Source: Desulfuromonadales bacterium (GTDB taxonomy: Bacteria > Desulfobacterota > Desulfuromonadia > Desulfuromonadales > BM103). Taken from it: a stretch of 64,000 nucleotides of DNA. Below are positions 45,444-55,291 of this stretch, piece by piece. The notes under the pieces were generated by a model. It made no database searches. It was given only the letters and a program-made list of their open reading frames with translations, and was not told the origin of the DNA. The stretch is taken from assembly GCA_037383085.1 (NCBI GenBank), contig JARRPG010000001.1, forward strand, positions 53,422-117,421, read 5' to 3'. Each line of letters starts with the position of its first letter. Position 1 is the stretch's first letter. The translations under genes were made by a program, and so were the position numbers.

Positions 45444-46433
45444 ATGAAAACGCATTGGCATGCAAAATTATTATTGATGGCGGCAGCCATGATGCTGATT
45501 CTGCCGACCGGCACCTCGCTGGCCTTCGAGCCGGAGAACCCTGAGTGCATTGCCCCGGCTGGACCGGGCGGCGGGTGGGATTTCATTTGCCGGACCACGG
45601 CCAAGAACCTGTTTGAGCTGGGATTAATCGAGAACGCCATGCAGGTGACCAACATGGCTGGCGGTGGTGGCGGCGTGGCCTTTGCCCACGTCACCAAGGA
45701 GCGCAACAACGACAACGACCTGATCGTCGCGGCCTCAACGAGCACCTCGGCACGCCTGGCCCAGGGTATTTTCAAAGGCGCAACGGCGGATGACGTGCAC
45801 TGGCTGGCCACCTTTGGCGCCGAGTATGGCGTGCTGGCCGTGAAAAAGGATTCCCCCTACCAAAATCTCAAGGAACTGATGGACGCGATTGTCGCGGATC
45901 CCCGTTCGGTGGGCATCGCCGGAGGATCGTCGGTCGGTGGATTTGACCATATCAAGCCGATGCTCGTAGCCCGCAAAGCCGGCCTGAAGGACGTGCGTCA
46001 GCTGAAGTACGTGGCCTACGCCGGCGGCGGCGAAGCGATGACCGGGCTGCTCTCCGGCGCGGTGCAAGTGATGTCCGGCGACTTCTCCGAGCTGCGCGGC
46101 TTCTATGAGTCGGGCGATATCCGGATTCTCGCCATCCTGGCACCCAAGCGGCTGAAGGGGTTCCCCGACATCCCGACCGCGAAAGAACAGGGCTATGACG
46201 TCATCGGTGCCAACTGGCGCGGCCTCTACATGCCGAAGGGGTCGACCCCGGAAGCACAGGCGTTCTGGTCGAATGCCATCCAGAAGATGACCGAGTCCGA
46301 GGCGTTCCAGAAGGATCTGGAGGCCAAGGCGATCGAACCCTTCAACAACTTCGGCCCGGATATGGACGCCTTCGTCAAGGAAAGCATTGAGGATATCGCC
46401 GATCTTTCCAGGGAAATCGGCATCCTCAAATAA
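45444..46433 (+). CDS. tctC: Tripartite tricarboxylate transporter substrate-binding protein (TctC/Bug family)
   Basis: Signal peptide followed by the Bug-family fold pattern (…NMAGGGGGVAFAHV…, GANWRGLYMPKG). Confidence 0.85.
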   Translation: MKTHWHAKLLLMAAAMMLILPTGTSLAFEPENPECIAPAGPGGGWDFICRTTAKNLFELGLIENAMQVTNMAGGGGGVAFAHVTKERNNDNDLIVAASTSTSARLAQGIFKGATADDVHWLATFGAEYGVLAVKKDSPYQNLKELMDAIVADPRSVGIAGGSSVGGFDHIKPMLVARKAGLKDVRQLKYVAYAGGGEAMTGLLSGAVQVMSGDFSELRGFYESGDIRILAILAPKRLKGFPDIPTAKEQGYDVIGANWRGLYMPKGSTPEAQAFWSNAIQKMTESEAFQKDLEAKAIEPFNNFGPDMDAFVKESIEDIADLSREIGILK

Positions 46434-46501
46434 TCTTTTGCCAAGAGGCTGCCCCGAAAAAAACCGGGGCGGCCTCTCCTTTTTGTAGAAACGAGGATCC
46501 C

Positions 46502-46933
46502 ATGAGCGACCGGATATTCGGTGTTTTCGGACTGGCACTTGCGGCCTTTTACTTCTGGGCGACGTCGATCATCCCCGACAGCTTCATGGTCGATGTGGTC
46601 GGTCCACGGGCCTTTCCTTATATTGTCGGAACCGTCCTGACAATCTGCTCGCTGTACATCCTGCTGCGCCCGGATGCCGAGCCGGACTGGCCGAACCTGA
46701 TGAACTTTGTCGAGATCGTTTTCGCCACGGCGGTCATGTTTCTCTATGGCTGGGCCTTATCCAAAGTCGGCTTCGTGATCGCGACCGTCTTCGCCACCGC
46801 TTACCTGTCCTGGCGGCTGGGCACCCGGCCGCTCAGTTCTCTGATCACCGGTGTCGCGACCTCGGCAGGCATCTACGTGGTTTTTCACCTGATCCTCGGC
46901 CTCTCTCTGGCCAAAGGTCCCTTGGGGTTCTAA
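46502..46933 (+). CDS. tctB: Tripartite tricarboxylate transporter small membrane subunit TctB
   Basis: 143 aa, 4 TM helices, positioned between tctC and tctA. Confidence 0.8.
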   Translation: MSDRIFGVFGLALAAFYFWATSIIPDSFMVDVVGPRAFPYIVGTVLTICSLYILLRPDAEPDWPNLMNFVEIVFATAVMFLYGWALSKVGFVIATVFATAYLSWRLGTRPLSSLITGVATSAGIYVVFHLILGLSLAKGPLGF

Positions 46934-46945
46934 AAGGCTACAATC

Positions 46946-48499
46946 ATGGATATTTTCGCAAATCTGGCGGATGGATTCGCCGTCGCACTGACCGCCCAGA
47001 ACCTCCTGTTGGCGCTTTTGGGCTGTTTTCTCGGCACGCTGATGGGGGCATTGCCGGGCCTCGGTCCGGCCAATGGTGTGGCGATTCTGATCCCGATTGC
47101 CTTCACACTGGGACTCGGGCCGGCGCCGTCTCTGATTCTCTTAACCAGCGTCTACTACGGCGCCATGTACGGCGGGCGGATCAGTTCGATCCTGCTGAAT
47201 ATCCCGGGCGACGAACCGGCCATGATGACCTGTCTCGACGGCCACCCCATGGCCCTACAGGGCAAAGCCGGTGAGGCGTTGGCCCTCTCCGGTATCGCCT
47301 CGTTCATCGGCTCCTTCTTTGCGACCTGGGGCCTGGTGCTGATTGCCCCGCAGCTGGTCAAGATCGCACTGTTGTTTGGCCCGGCCGAGTATTTCGCCCT
47401 GTTCACCATGGCCTTCGCCACCCTGGGTGGGGTCACCGCCAGCAACCAGGCCAAGTCGGCTTTGGCCGCCGCGCTGGGCCTTGGCATTGCCATGATCGGC
47501 AGCGATTCGCAAACCGGTTCGGAACGTTTTACCTTCGGCCATATTCACCTGTATGACGGGATCGATTTTCTGATCGCCATCGTCGGCCTGTTCGCCATCA
47601 GTGAGGTCCTGATCTTCATCGAACATCACCAGGGCGGCGCCGCGGCCAAGTCGGGCGCGAAGATCGGCAGGTTGCTGCCCGACTTCGGCATTCTGAAACG
47701 TTCCGTCGGCACGATGTTTCGCTCGACCATCATCGGCTTCCTCTCCGGCGTTCTGCCGGGGGCAGGCGCCTCCCTGGGTTCCTTCCTCTCCTACTCGGTG
47801 GAAAAGAACACCGTCGACCGGGAGGGGAAAACCTTCGGCAAGGGCGACCCGCGCGGCATCATTGCACCGGAAGTCGGCAACAACGCGGCGGCCGGTGGTG
47901 CCCTGGTGCCGATGCTCTCCCTCGGCGTGCCGGGTTCCGGCACCACCGCGGTGCTGCTCGCCGTGCTGCTGCAGCTCAACATAACGCCAGGACCGCTGCT
48001 GTTTCGGAACAACCCGGACATCGTCTGGGGACTGATCGCGGCGCTCTTTATCGCCAACTTCATGCTGCTGGCCCTTAACCTGCCGATGGTCGGCCTGTTC
48101 ACCCGGGTACTGCTGGTGCCGACCCGGATTCTGATGCCGGTGGTGGCCATGATCTCCTTCGTCGGCATTTACGGTCTGACCGGCTCGACCTTCGACGTCA
48201 TGCTGATGGTTGGCTTCGGCTTTGCCGGTTGGGCGTTGCGTAAACTTGGCGTGCCCCTGGTGCCGGTGATTCTCGGCATTCTGCTCGGCAACGAGATGGA
48301 AGTGAACATGCGCCGCGCATTGCAAGTCTCCGACGGTGACTGGTCGATTTTTGTCGGCAGCCCGTTGGCTATCGGCATCTGGGCCATTGCGATCATCGGT
48401 TTCGTCCTGCCGATATTCTTCGGCAAAAAGGTCAAAACGCAGATGCACGCCGGTCATGCCGAAGAAGACGTGGAAGAGGTGGTCAAAGGCGGGGACTGA
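46946..48499 (+). CDS. tctA: Tripartite tricarboxylate transporter large permease TctA
   Basis: 517 aa polytopic protein with GALPGLGPANGVAILIP and YGGRISSILLNIPGD signatures. Confidence 0.88.
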   Translation: MDIFANLADGFAVALTAQNLLLALLGCFLGTLMGALPGLGPANGVAILIPIAFTLGLGPAPSLILLTSVYYGAMYGGRISSILLNIPGDEPAMMTCLDGHPMALQGKAGEALALSGIASFIGSFFATWGLVLIAPQLVKIALLFGPAEYFALFTMAFATLGGVTASNQAKSALAAALGLGIAMIGSDSQTGSERFTFGHIHLYDGIDFLIAIVGLFAISEVLIFIEHHQGGAAAKSGAKIGRLLPDFGILKRSVGTMFRSTIIGFLSGVLPGAGASLGSFLSYSVEKNTVDREGKTFGKGDPRGIIAPEVGNNAAAGGALVPMLSLGVPGSGTTAVLLAVLLQLNITPGPLLFRNNPDIVWGLIAALFIANFMLLALNLPMVGLFTRVLLVPTRILMPVVAMISFVGIYGLTGSTFDVMLMVGFGFAGWALRKLGVPLVPVILGILLGNEMEVNMRRALQVSDGDWSIFVGSPLAIGIWAIAIIGFVLPIFFGKKVKTQMHAGHAEEDVEEVVKGGD

Positions 48500-48536
48500 C
48501 CCGCAAACGGGCCTGGGCCTGAAAAGCGGCAACAAG

Positions 48537-48568
48537 GAACGGGGACACAAGTTTTTGTGTCCCCGTTC
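48537..48568. terminator. Bidirectional terminator between tctA and proC
   Basis: GAACGGGGACACAA-gttt-TTGTGTCCCCGTTC, a 14-bp perfect stem. Confidence 0.8.
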
Positions 48569-48622
48569 TGTTTCACCCTCTCCACAGGCCGATCGCAACG
48601 TCCCGGATGGACCGATCTGCAG

Positions 48623-49447
48623 CTATTTCTTTTCCTCACCAAGCTGGCGCGAGCGGGCCGTCGCCGCAGCCACCGCCTCCATCATCATCGCCCGCAGTCC
48701 CCGTTCCTCGAGCACCCGGATCGCGCTGATGGTCGTGCCGGCCGGACTGCAGACTTTTTCCCGCAGCATCGCCGGATGTTCACCGGTCTCCTGGACCAGG
48801 TGAGCGGCGCCGATCACGGTCTGCACCGCCAGAGCATGGGCAATGTCGAGGCGCAGGCCTTCCTGAACGCCAGCAGCGCTCAGTGCTTCGATGAAGGTAT
48901 AGACGAAGGCCGGACCGGAGCCGGACAAACCGGTGACGGCATCCATCTGGCTTTCTTCAACCCACAGTGCGATGCCGACAGTCTCGAACAGGTGCTGGGC
49001 CAGTTGCCGGTCATCATCGGTCACATTCTTGCCGGGACAGAGTGCCGCGGCGCCGCGACCGGCCAGCGCCGGGGTATTCGGCATCGCCCGCACGACCCGG
49101 GACTGGCCGCCGAGATCGGCCTCGAGGGTCGTCGTCGTCACCCCGGCCAGAATCGAGATCAGCAGCTTGTCGTCGTTGAAGGCCGGGACCACATCGACGA
49201 GAACCTTATCGAGAATCTGCGGCTTGACCGCCAGTACAACAATTTCGCTGGTTTCGACAAGCAAGGTGTTGTTGTCCTCGCAAACGATCCCGTAGCGCTC
49301 GACAATCAGGTCGCGGCGTTTTTCATTCGGCTCGAAAAAGTGAATATCATCGGCGGGAAACCCGCCGTTCAGGAGACCCTTGATGAAGGCTTCGGCCATA
49401 TTTCCGCCGCCGATAAATCCAATCTTACCGACTTCTGTCAACGTCAC
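48623..49447 (-). CDS. proC: Pyrroline-5-carboxylate reductase
   Basis: IGFIGGGNMAEA Rossmann motif, VLAVKPQ, RAMPNTPA, GSGPAF and SPAGTT motifs. GTG start. Confidence 0.9.
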   Translation of the reverse strand: MTLTEVGKIGFIGGGNMAEAFIKGLLNGGFPADDIHFFEPNEKRRDLIVERYGIVCEDNNTLLVETSEIVVLAVKPQILDKVLVDVVPAFNDDKLLISILAGVTTTTLEADLGGQSRVVRAMPNTPALAGRGAAALCPGKNVTDDDRQLAQHLFETVGIALWVEESQMDAVTGLSGSGPAFVYTFIEALSAAGVQEGLRLDIAHALAVQTVIGAAHLVQETGEHPAMLREKVCSPAGTTISAIRVLEERGLRAMMMEAVAAATARSRQLGEEKK

Positions 49448-49609
49448 GTGACGATCCTTTCCTATCTTTAAGAGGCCATGTCTTTCAGCTCAACCGCAGC
49501 ACAGCACGGCGGTGACCTGACTGTCAAGCGTTTCTACATGATGCCCGGCAGGCTGTCAAAGGGAAATCCGGCTTGCCTTCGACGACGTTCTGTGCCAACT
49601 ATCACCGCT

Positions 49610-50503
49610 ATGGAACAGGCGACACATACTAAGGGACTTCTGCTGACCTTCTTCGCGGTGCTGGTGCTCAGTCCCGACGCCCTCCTGGTCCGTCTGATTC
49701 AGTGTGATGTCTGGACCCTGCTCTTCTGGCGCTGTCTGCTGACCGCCATCATGCAGTCGGTATTCCTCGCGATCGCCTTCCGCCGCGAGTTTCTGAAGAG
49801 CTTTCAGAACATCGGCCGCACCGGCCTGTTGTCGGCGGTGATCGTCACCACCGGCAGCCTGTTCTTTGTCAACTCGCTGCGGCATACAGCTGCCGCCAAT
49901 ACGCTGATCATTCTCGCTGCCGCCCCCCTGTTCAGCAGCTTTTTCAGCTGGCTGTTCCTCAAGGAAAAGATTGCCCGACGCACCTGGGTCGCCATCATGA
50001 TCTGTTTTAGCGGTATCCTGCTGATCTTCTCCGGCAGTCTGTCCAGCGGTTTGCTGCTGGGCGACCTGCTGGCCTTGGGAGCCACCTGCATGTGGGGCAC
50101 CAACCTGGTGGTCATCCGCAGCGGCAAAGCCGTCAACATGATCCCGGCCAACTTGCTCGGCAACCTGATGGTCGTTCCGGCCGCCTTGCTGGGCGGCGCC
50201 CAACCCTTAAGCGTGGCGGCGCATGACGTGGGGCTGCTGTTGCTACTCGGCGGGGTGGTCCTGCCGGTCTCCTTTACCCTGATCACTCTCGGCCCACGCT
50301 ACCTGCCGGCCCCGGAAATCAGTCTGATTCTGCTGATCGAAACGGTCCTCGGGCCCATTTGGGTCTGGCTGGTCCTGGGCGAGGTGCCGCAGCAGGCCAC
50401 GCTGATCGCCGGTGTTCTGATTCTCGGCACACTGGTGGTGCACACCCTGTTGTCACTGCAGGCCCACCAGCGTCAGATCATCAAACCGCGCATGATTCGC
50501 TGA
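49610..50503 (+). CDS. DMT/EamA family transporter
   Basis: Start at the ATG at 49610 (MEQATHTKGLLLTFFAVLVLSPDALLVRL...). Ten-TM EamA pattern. Confidence 0.78.
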   Translation: MEQATHTKGLLLTFFAVLVLSPDALLVRLIQCDVWTLLFWRCLLTAIMQSVFLAIAFRREFLKSFQNIGRTGLLSAVIVTTGSLFFVNSLRHTAAANTLIILAAAPLFSSFFSWLFLKEKIARRTWVAIMICFSGILLIFSGSLSSGLLLGDLLALGATCMWGTNLVVIRSGKAVNMIPANLLGNLMVVPAALLGGAQPLSVAAHDVGLLLLLGGVVLPVSFTLITLGPRYLPAPEISLILLIETVLGPIWVWLVLGEVPQQATLIAGVLILGTLVVHTLLSLQAHQRQIIKPRMIR

Positions 50504-50528
50504 CCACCAGGACTATCATCCCTCGGAT

Positions 50529-51269
50529 CTAGGGGCTGTCAGGGCTGGTGACGGCAAAGGAGCCGGTTTTGAGAAAGCGGATGATGTAGTCGGCGACATC
50601 CGCCGAATGCATGATAAAGGTGTGGGATTTCTTCACGGTGACGAAATCGCGCATGGCTTCAAGACGGGTGCTGGCGACGGAGACGGTGCCGTCACTCGGC
50701 TGCGCAACGAAAAAATCACCGATCGGGTTGAATGTATCGACCCCGGCGATCACCCCGACGTCATACCAGGGTGCGGGCAGCCGATTCGGCAGGCTGTCAG
50801 GCCCGGTGCCAAGTTGCACGACCGTTGGCCCAAGCATCCAGCGGAGCCATGCAGAACGGCTGGCGATATCGGCCAGCTCACTGCCCTGATTGGGCGGCGC
50901 GAGCATGACCACGCGGCCGAGATTCGGCGGAGGATACCGGACCAGATAGGCCCGGACCAATATCCCTCCCAAAGAGTGGGTCACGAAGTGAATCCGGGAG
51001 GATCTCTGGCAGCAATCCTCGACCTGCCGGTGCAGGTAAGTGACCAGTTCCGAGGGCGACTGTCGGATCGACGGATAGCCGATATTCTCCACCGCAAATC
51101 CGGCGGCGCGCAAGCGTCTTTCCAAAGGCCACATGGACCAGGGGGTGCGCCCGTAGCCATGTAGCAGAATGACTGTTTCCGACTCGGCCGTCAGTGCCTG
51201 CGGAGTCGCCGTCAAGGCACTGGTGCAGCCGACCAGGAAGAGCAGAGCAGACAACAGCAGACATTTCAA
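50529..51269 (-). CDS. Alpha/beta hydrolase (lipase/esterase-like) lipoprotein
   Basis: VILLHGYG...HFVTHSLGGIL (GxSxG nucleophile elbow). The lipobox LFLVGC fits a TTG start at 51269 (MKCLLLSALLFLVGC). The alternative ATG at 51338 would overlap the PLD gene by 56 nt, so the start is uncertain. Confidence 0.65.
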   Translation of the reverse strand: MKCLLLSALLFLVGCTSALTATPQALTAESETVILLHGYGRTPWSMWPLERRLRAAGFAVENIGYPSIRQSPSELVTYLHRQVEDCCQRSSRIHFVTHSLGGILVRAYLVRYPPPNLGRVVMLAPPNQGSELADIASRSAWLRWMLGPTVVQLGTGPDSLPNRLPAPWYDVGVIAGVDTFNPIGDFFVAQPSDGTVSVASTRLEAMRDFVTVKKSHTFIMHSADVADYIIRFLKTGSFAVTSPDSP

Positions 51270-51282
51270 CAGACGTGTCGCC

Positions 51283-52893
51283 CTACAGCAGCGGTGCGAA
51301 GATGTCACCAAATTCTTTTCTGAGTTTATAAATCGCATCTGTGGGGTCTTTGAACTCGGCCGCTTCCCGTGGCGTGACGAGGCGGCTGAACGCCAGATCA
51401 TTTTCATAGAACACTCGGGCCAGTTCTGACGCCAGCGTTCCACTCTCAAAGACAACGGCCGTTTCGCTGTTGAGCTTTTCACTGCGCGGATCCAGGTTGT
51501 AGGAACCGACCAGGGCATACTGACGATCGAAGACCGCATACTTGGCATGGATCGTCCCCTGGGTCTGCCTGATGCGTCCGAAGCGCTTGCCATGCCACTC
51601 CCAGATCTGCACCCGGCCACCACTCTGCCGGGCCTCATCGGTGTTATTCAGAGCCAGGATTTCACTGTAGTAGCTACGCCCGACCATCGACATTTCCGGC
51701 AGATCGTTGGTTTCCGGGCTGTTGGTGAGAATCCTCACCTGGAGACCCCGGTTGACAGCGTTGCGGATCGCATCGATCACCTCCTGCGCAGGGATAAAAT
51801 AGGCATTGCAGATCAGGATTTCCTGCCTGGCATGGGCGAAGAGCTTGGCATAAGCCTGCGGCAGATAGGTTTCACCGAGACGCGGCCGGTTGTGGAAAAA
51901 GCGGCTGCGGGCCTTGACGAAATGCAGATCAGGCTTCGTCATGGCCAGGTTATTGACCCGCGCGACACGTTCTGCATCCGTTTGGTAAGGGACGGTCATT
52001 TTACCGAGAGTTTCGAGGGCGTCCCGGGTCGCTTCCCAGTAAATATCCGTGTTGAAAATCCCCCGACTTTTCTTGATGTCACGGAAATGGGCAAAATTCC
52101 TGTCAAAAGCTGTCACCATGTCGGCCACCAGTGCGCCTTTGACCACGATGTCCTGGTCACGCCAATTGCCATCGGGCTCCGTTTGATCGATTCTGAAATA
52201 GGCGTTGGCGATATTCAAGCCACCGACGACGGCGCGACGATCGGTCGTTTCGCCATCGATAATCCACATTTTTTCGTGGTACCGATGGTTCGGCGCCTCC
52301 GGGTCTCTCAGGGAGGCCAGCAGGGGCGGTAAGGGGATTTCGTTGAGCCATTGCAGATACAGGGACTCGTAACCCTGGACTTCGATGCCGTGCTGTTTCA
52401 GATCGAAATACATCCACTGGGTCTGCAGGTCGAGATTGGACACTGCATCGACAATCACCCGGACGTCAAGACCGGCGGCCTTTTTGCTCTTCAAAACCTC
52501 GGCAATCTTCAGACCGGCTTCGTCCCCGGCAAAGATCAGGGCCTGAATGCGGATCGAGGTGTGGGCCGCCTCGAGCATCTGCATGCGCGCTGCAAAGGAA
52601 ACATCGCCATTAGGCAGAATCGCGATCTCTGTCGATGCTGCCGGATGCACAGCGAAGAGGGCTTGATACCCCACCTCGGCAAGCGGACTGCCCTGGAATT
52701 CTGTCGCGGCGCCAAAGACCGAAACCGGCTCGTTGCTCGGCAGCCGTTGCGGCAGTTCCGGCATCGGCCGATAGCGTGCCGAGACATCAGTTCCCGGACC
52801 GGCATACTCCTTGAGAGCACAGCCGTGCAGAAGCGCCGCCATCAAGACAATCATGGCAAGTGAGCGGCGTAGCCCTCTCATCGGGTCCTTCAT
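51283..52893 (-). CDS. Phospholipase D / cardiolipin-synthase-like protein (two HKD motifs), lipoprotein
   Basis: HKD 1 is HEKMWIIDG...GGLNIA and HKD 2 is IHAKYAVFD...GSYNLDPRS. Signal/lipobox LMAALLHGC. Confidence 0.8.
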   Translation of the reverse strand: MKDPMRGLRRSLAMIVLMAALLHGCALKEYAGPGTDVSARYRPMPELPQRLPSNEPVSVFGAATEFQGSPLAEVGYQALFAVHPAASTEIAILPNGDVSFAARMQMLEAAHTSIRIQALIFAGDEAGLKIAEVLKSKKAAGLDVRVIVDAVSNLDLQTQWMYFDLKQHGIEVQGYESLYLQWLNEIPLPPLLASLRDPEAPNHRYHEKMWIIDGETTDRRAVVGGLNIANAYFRIDQTEPDGNWRDQDIVVKGALVADMVTAFDRNFAHFRDIKKSRGIFNTDIYWEATRDALETLGKMTVPYQTDAERVARVNNLAMTKPDLHFVKARSRFFHNRPRLGETYLPQAYAKLFAHARQEILICNAYFIPAQEVIDAIRNAVNRGLQVRILTNSPETNDLPEMSMVGRSYYSEILALNNTDEARQSGGRVQIWEWHGKRFGRIRQTQGTIHAKYAVFDRQYALVGSYNLDPRSEKLNSETAVVFESGTLASELARVFYENDLAFSRLVTPREAAEFKDPTDAIYKLRKEFGDIFAPLL

Positions 52894-52921
52894 GCACTCC
52901 TCCCAATCACCGTTTGCGACA

Positions 52922-53917
52922 TCATTCGATCAACCCGGATTCCCGATAGTACTTTATGGCCCCGGGATGCAGAGGCGCATGGAGCCCTTTGAGCATTCCC
53001 TCTTTTGTTAAAACATGCAAAGCGGGATGGAATTGACGAAAGAATTCCAAATGTTCGAAGACTTCCTTGGTCAAGACATAGACGACCTGTTCCGGAACTG
53101 CGGATGACGTGCTGAGGGTGGCGAGAACCGCCACCGTATCGACATCATCGACCGCAACCGGCAGATCAGGATAAAGCCGCTTCATCGGAATCCTGTAGCG
53201 CGTGTAATACACTTTCTCGGTAATCAGCTTGTCCACGGCCGGCCCCGCAATCGGCACAATATGGGCCCTGCGACTCCGCGACAAGCCCCTTTGCACCGTG
53301 TCATTGGGATGGCCGACGGTGAAGAAATAGGCATCGATGAGGCCGTCCTCGAGCAGGGCCGGCGCCTCCGATGCGAAGACGGTATCGGCCTGAATATCGG
53401 TTTCAGGGTCGATGCCGAAGGCGTTTAGTATATTAATGATCACCCGGTGATGGCTCGATCCGGGGTTGCCGAGGCTGACGCGTTTGCCCTTCAGGTCCTC
53501 GATGGTGTTGATGCCGGCATCATCGGCCGCGATCAGGGTGACCGTTTCCGGGTACAGGCTGAACACCGAGCGGAGTTCTTGCTGGGGCCCCTTGTCGGCC
53601 CATTCGACCATGCCCTCGATCGCGTGGTACTGTTTGTCGGCCTGCGTCATACCGAAATCCATGTACCCGGCCATGATCGCGTTCAGGTTGAATGTCGACC
53701 CGGGCGTCACTTCGACCGTAGCGCGAATGCCATAATCCTCACGTTTGGCATTGATCATTTCGGCAATCGCCAGACCGGTGGGAAAGTAAACCCCTGACAT
53801 GCTGCCCCCGCCGATACTCACAAAGACCTCCTCGTCCGGGGTTCTCGATGAGGCCTCCATCAGGAAGACACTGATCAAGAGACAGGGAATCAGGAAAATG
53901 ATGGTCTTGCTTTTCAT
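52922..53917 (-). CDS. TAXI-family TRAP-type solute-binding protein (no permease nearby)
   Basis: Signal peptide followed by SIGGGSMSGVYFPTGLAIAEMIN...TVEVTPGSTFNLNAI...HPGAIKYYRE, the TAXI signature. Confidence 0.8.
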   Translation of the reverse strand: MKSKTIIFLIPCLLISVFLMEASSRTPDEEVFVSIGGGSMSGVYFPTGLAIAEMINAKREDYGIRATVEVTPGSTFNLNAIMAGYMDFGMTQADKQYHAIEGMVEWADKGPQQELRSVFSLYPETVTLIAADDAGINTIEDLKGKRVSLGNPGSSHHRVIINILNAFGIDPETDIQADTVFASEAPALLEDGLIDAYFFTVGHPNDTVQRGLSRSRRAHIVPIAGPAVDKLITEKVYYTRYRIPMKRLYPDLPVAVDDVDTVAVLATLSTSSAVPEQVVYVLTKEVFEHLEFFRQFHPALHVLTKEGMLKGLHAPLHPGAIKYYRESGLIE

Positions 53918-53974
53918 AGCCGTCTCGACTCACAGGTATTGGATCATGTGACAGGCAAGCGCCCCGACGTCGTT

Positions 53975-55291
53975 TCAATCACTTTTGGCCGGTCCGACGT
54001 GAAAATTCTGCGGACTTTCCCAATTGATGCTTTTGACCTGGTTGAGAGCAATCGGTCCTTTATCGAGGAACAGCACGACGCGATACCCATCGGTGTAATA
54101 GGGGTCGCCCGTCAGGTTATACCGTGGTCTCGAAGAGCGTGTCATGCCGACCCCTTTCACCCAACCGACCTTGGCAAGCATTTGCGAAAACAGCAGGTCT
54201 TCGACCAGGGAATGCCGGGCTTCGTCGATATCCGGGTCGATCTTGTGGGTCACCGGAGGGCTGGCCTTCAAGGTAAAGCGGACGCCGATATCGCGGCTGA
54301 TCTGACCGATGAAGACCGGTTTGTCCTGATACCGATAGGGGCTGTACCAGAGTCGCAGGTGGTTGCGCTCATGGATATTGTGTCGCGGTTTCTGGCGGGC
54401 CAGGTCCTGATGCCGCCCGAAGTAATAGAGTGGGCTGACCGGGGAATATCGGTAACGCGAACCGAACAGGAAGGACTTGATGGTCTTCCAGACCGCCGAC
54501 GCATAGGTCTCTTCCGCCGGCAGCCAGCCCTGGCGCGCAAAAGCGGCGGCAATGTCTTTAAAATCGCCGATGATCACCAGATTCGCCGGATCGCCCGTCG
54601 CTTGGCCGTCCTGGTCCGTGGTGCAACAGGGCAGGTTCTCCAAAGTTGCCTTCAAATCGTCTTCGCTGAGATCAACAATCTGGTCGAGGGGATAGAGGCT
54701 GATGAAATCAACGATATGATAATCAACCCGCATGCCAGGAATCTGCACAAAAAAGGTAAAAAACTTGACCCGCTCCTCGGCGATCAGATCGACATTGACC
54801 ACCTTTTCCCCTTCATCGAGATTGGTATAGATGAATCCGGAGACCGCCGTGTTGGGCAGAATCGGATTGCGAAGGTTCATGGACCGGTAATAATCGCCCA
54901 TTTCATCGCGGTAGAAATCGAGAAAGCGACTGCCAGCGGCGTAAGCCGTCTCCAAAGGAGAGTAATGATTCGGATCGGTCCCGGAGGCAATCAGATAGTA
55001 GGTCTGGTCGCTGTGATTCTCGACTTTGATCCAGACCGGTTGAATCTCTCTGCGGATCAGGTCGACCTGGAACAATTGCTTCACTTCCTCTGCGGTAGGC
55101 ACGGCAACCGAAACCCGCAGATCCTGGTCCGCTTTGGATTGGACCCGGTCTCGGAAACGGACTTCATTGATCGAGGGAGGGTCGAAGGAACCGGGTGTCC
55201 GCAGCACCGCACAACCGGTCAGCAGCCCGGCCAGCAGAAGACACAGCAAAATTTTGCGGAGGTGGTTGTCCTTGTGGCTCTTTTGTCTCAT
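53975..55291 (-). CDS. LssY_C-domain lipoprotein
   Basis: Lipobox LLTGC. The C-terminal half (…GDPANLVIIGDFKDIAAAFARQGW…HERNHLRLW…) resembles the LssY C-terminal domain family. Confidence 0.6.
   Translation of the reverse strand: MRQKSHKDNHLRKILLCLLLAGLLTGCAVLRTPGSFDPPSINEVRFRDRVQSKADQDLRVSVAVPTAEEVKQLFQVDLIRREIQPVWIKVENHSDQTYYLIASGTDPNHYSPLETAYAAGSRFLDFYRDEMGDYYRSMNLRNPILPNTAVSGFIYTNLDEGEKVVNVDLIAEERVKFFTFFVQIPGMRVDYHIVDFISLYPLDQIVDLSEDDLKATLENLPCCTTDQDGQATGDPANLVIIGDFKDIAAAFARQGWLPAEETYASAVWKTIKSFLFGSRYRYSPVSPLYYFGRHQDLARQKPRHNIHERNHLRLWYSPYRYQDKPVFIGQISRDIGVRFTLKASPPVTHKIDPDIDEARHSLVEDLLFSQMLAKVGWVKGVGMTRSSRPRYNLTGDPYYTDGYRVVLFLDKGPIALNQVKSINWESPQNFHVGPAKSD

Noticed and set aside
47255-48598. 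447-aa minus-strand ORF
   Set aside because: Antisense to tctA. It is a shadow ORF.
14638-51638. N-terminal extensions in the ORF track for polA (to 4247), both EamA genes (to 15867 and 16694), pruA (to 20726), livH (to 31048), EBP2 (to 34432), AIM24 (to 38961), gapdh (to 41443), larA (from 41515), the CitA-like kinase (to 45254), the third EamA (from 49478), the hydrolase (to 51638), the HK (to 60923) and malQ (from 60862)
   Set aside because: In each case an internal ATG preceded by a GGAG-type RBS yields the canonical family N-terminus. The extension is Arg/Gly/Pro-rich or overlaps the upstream gene.
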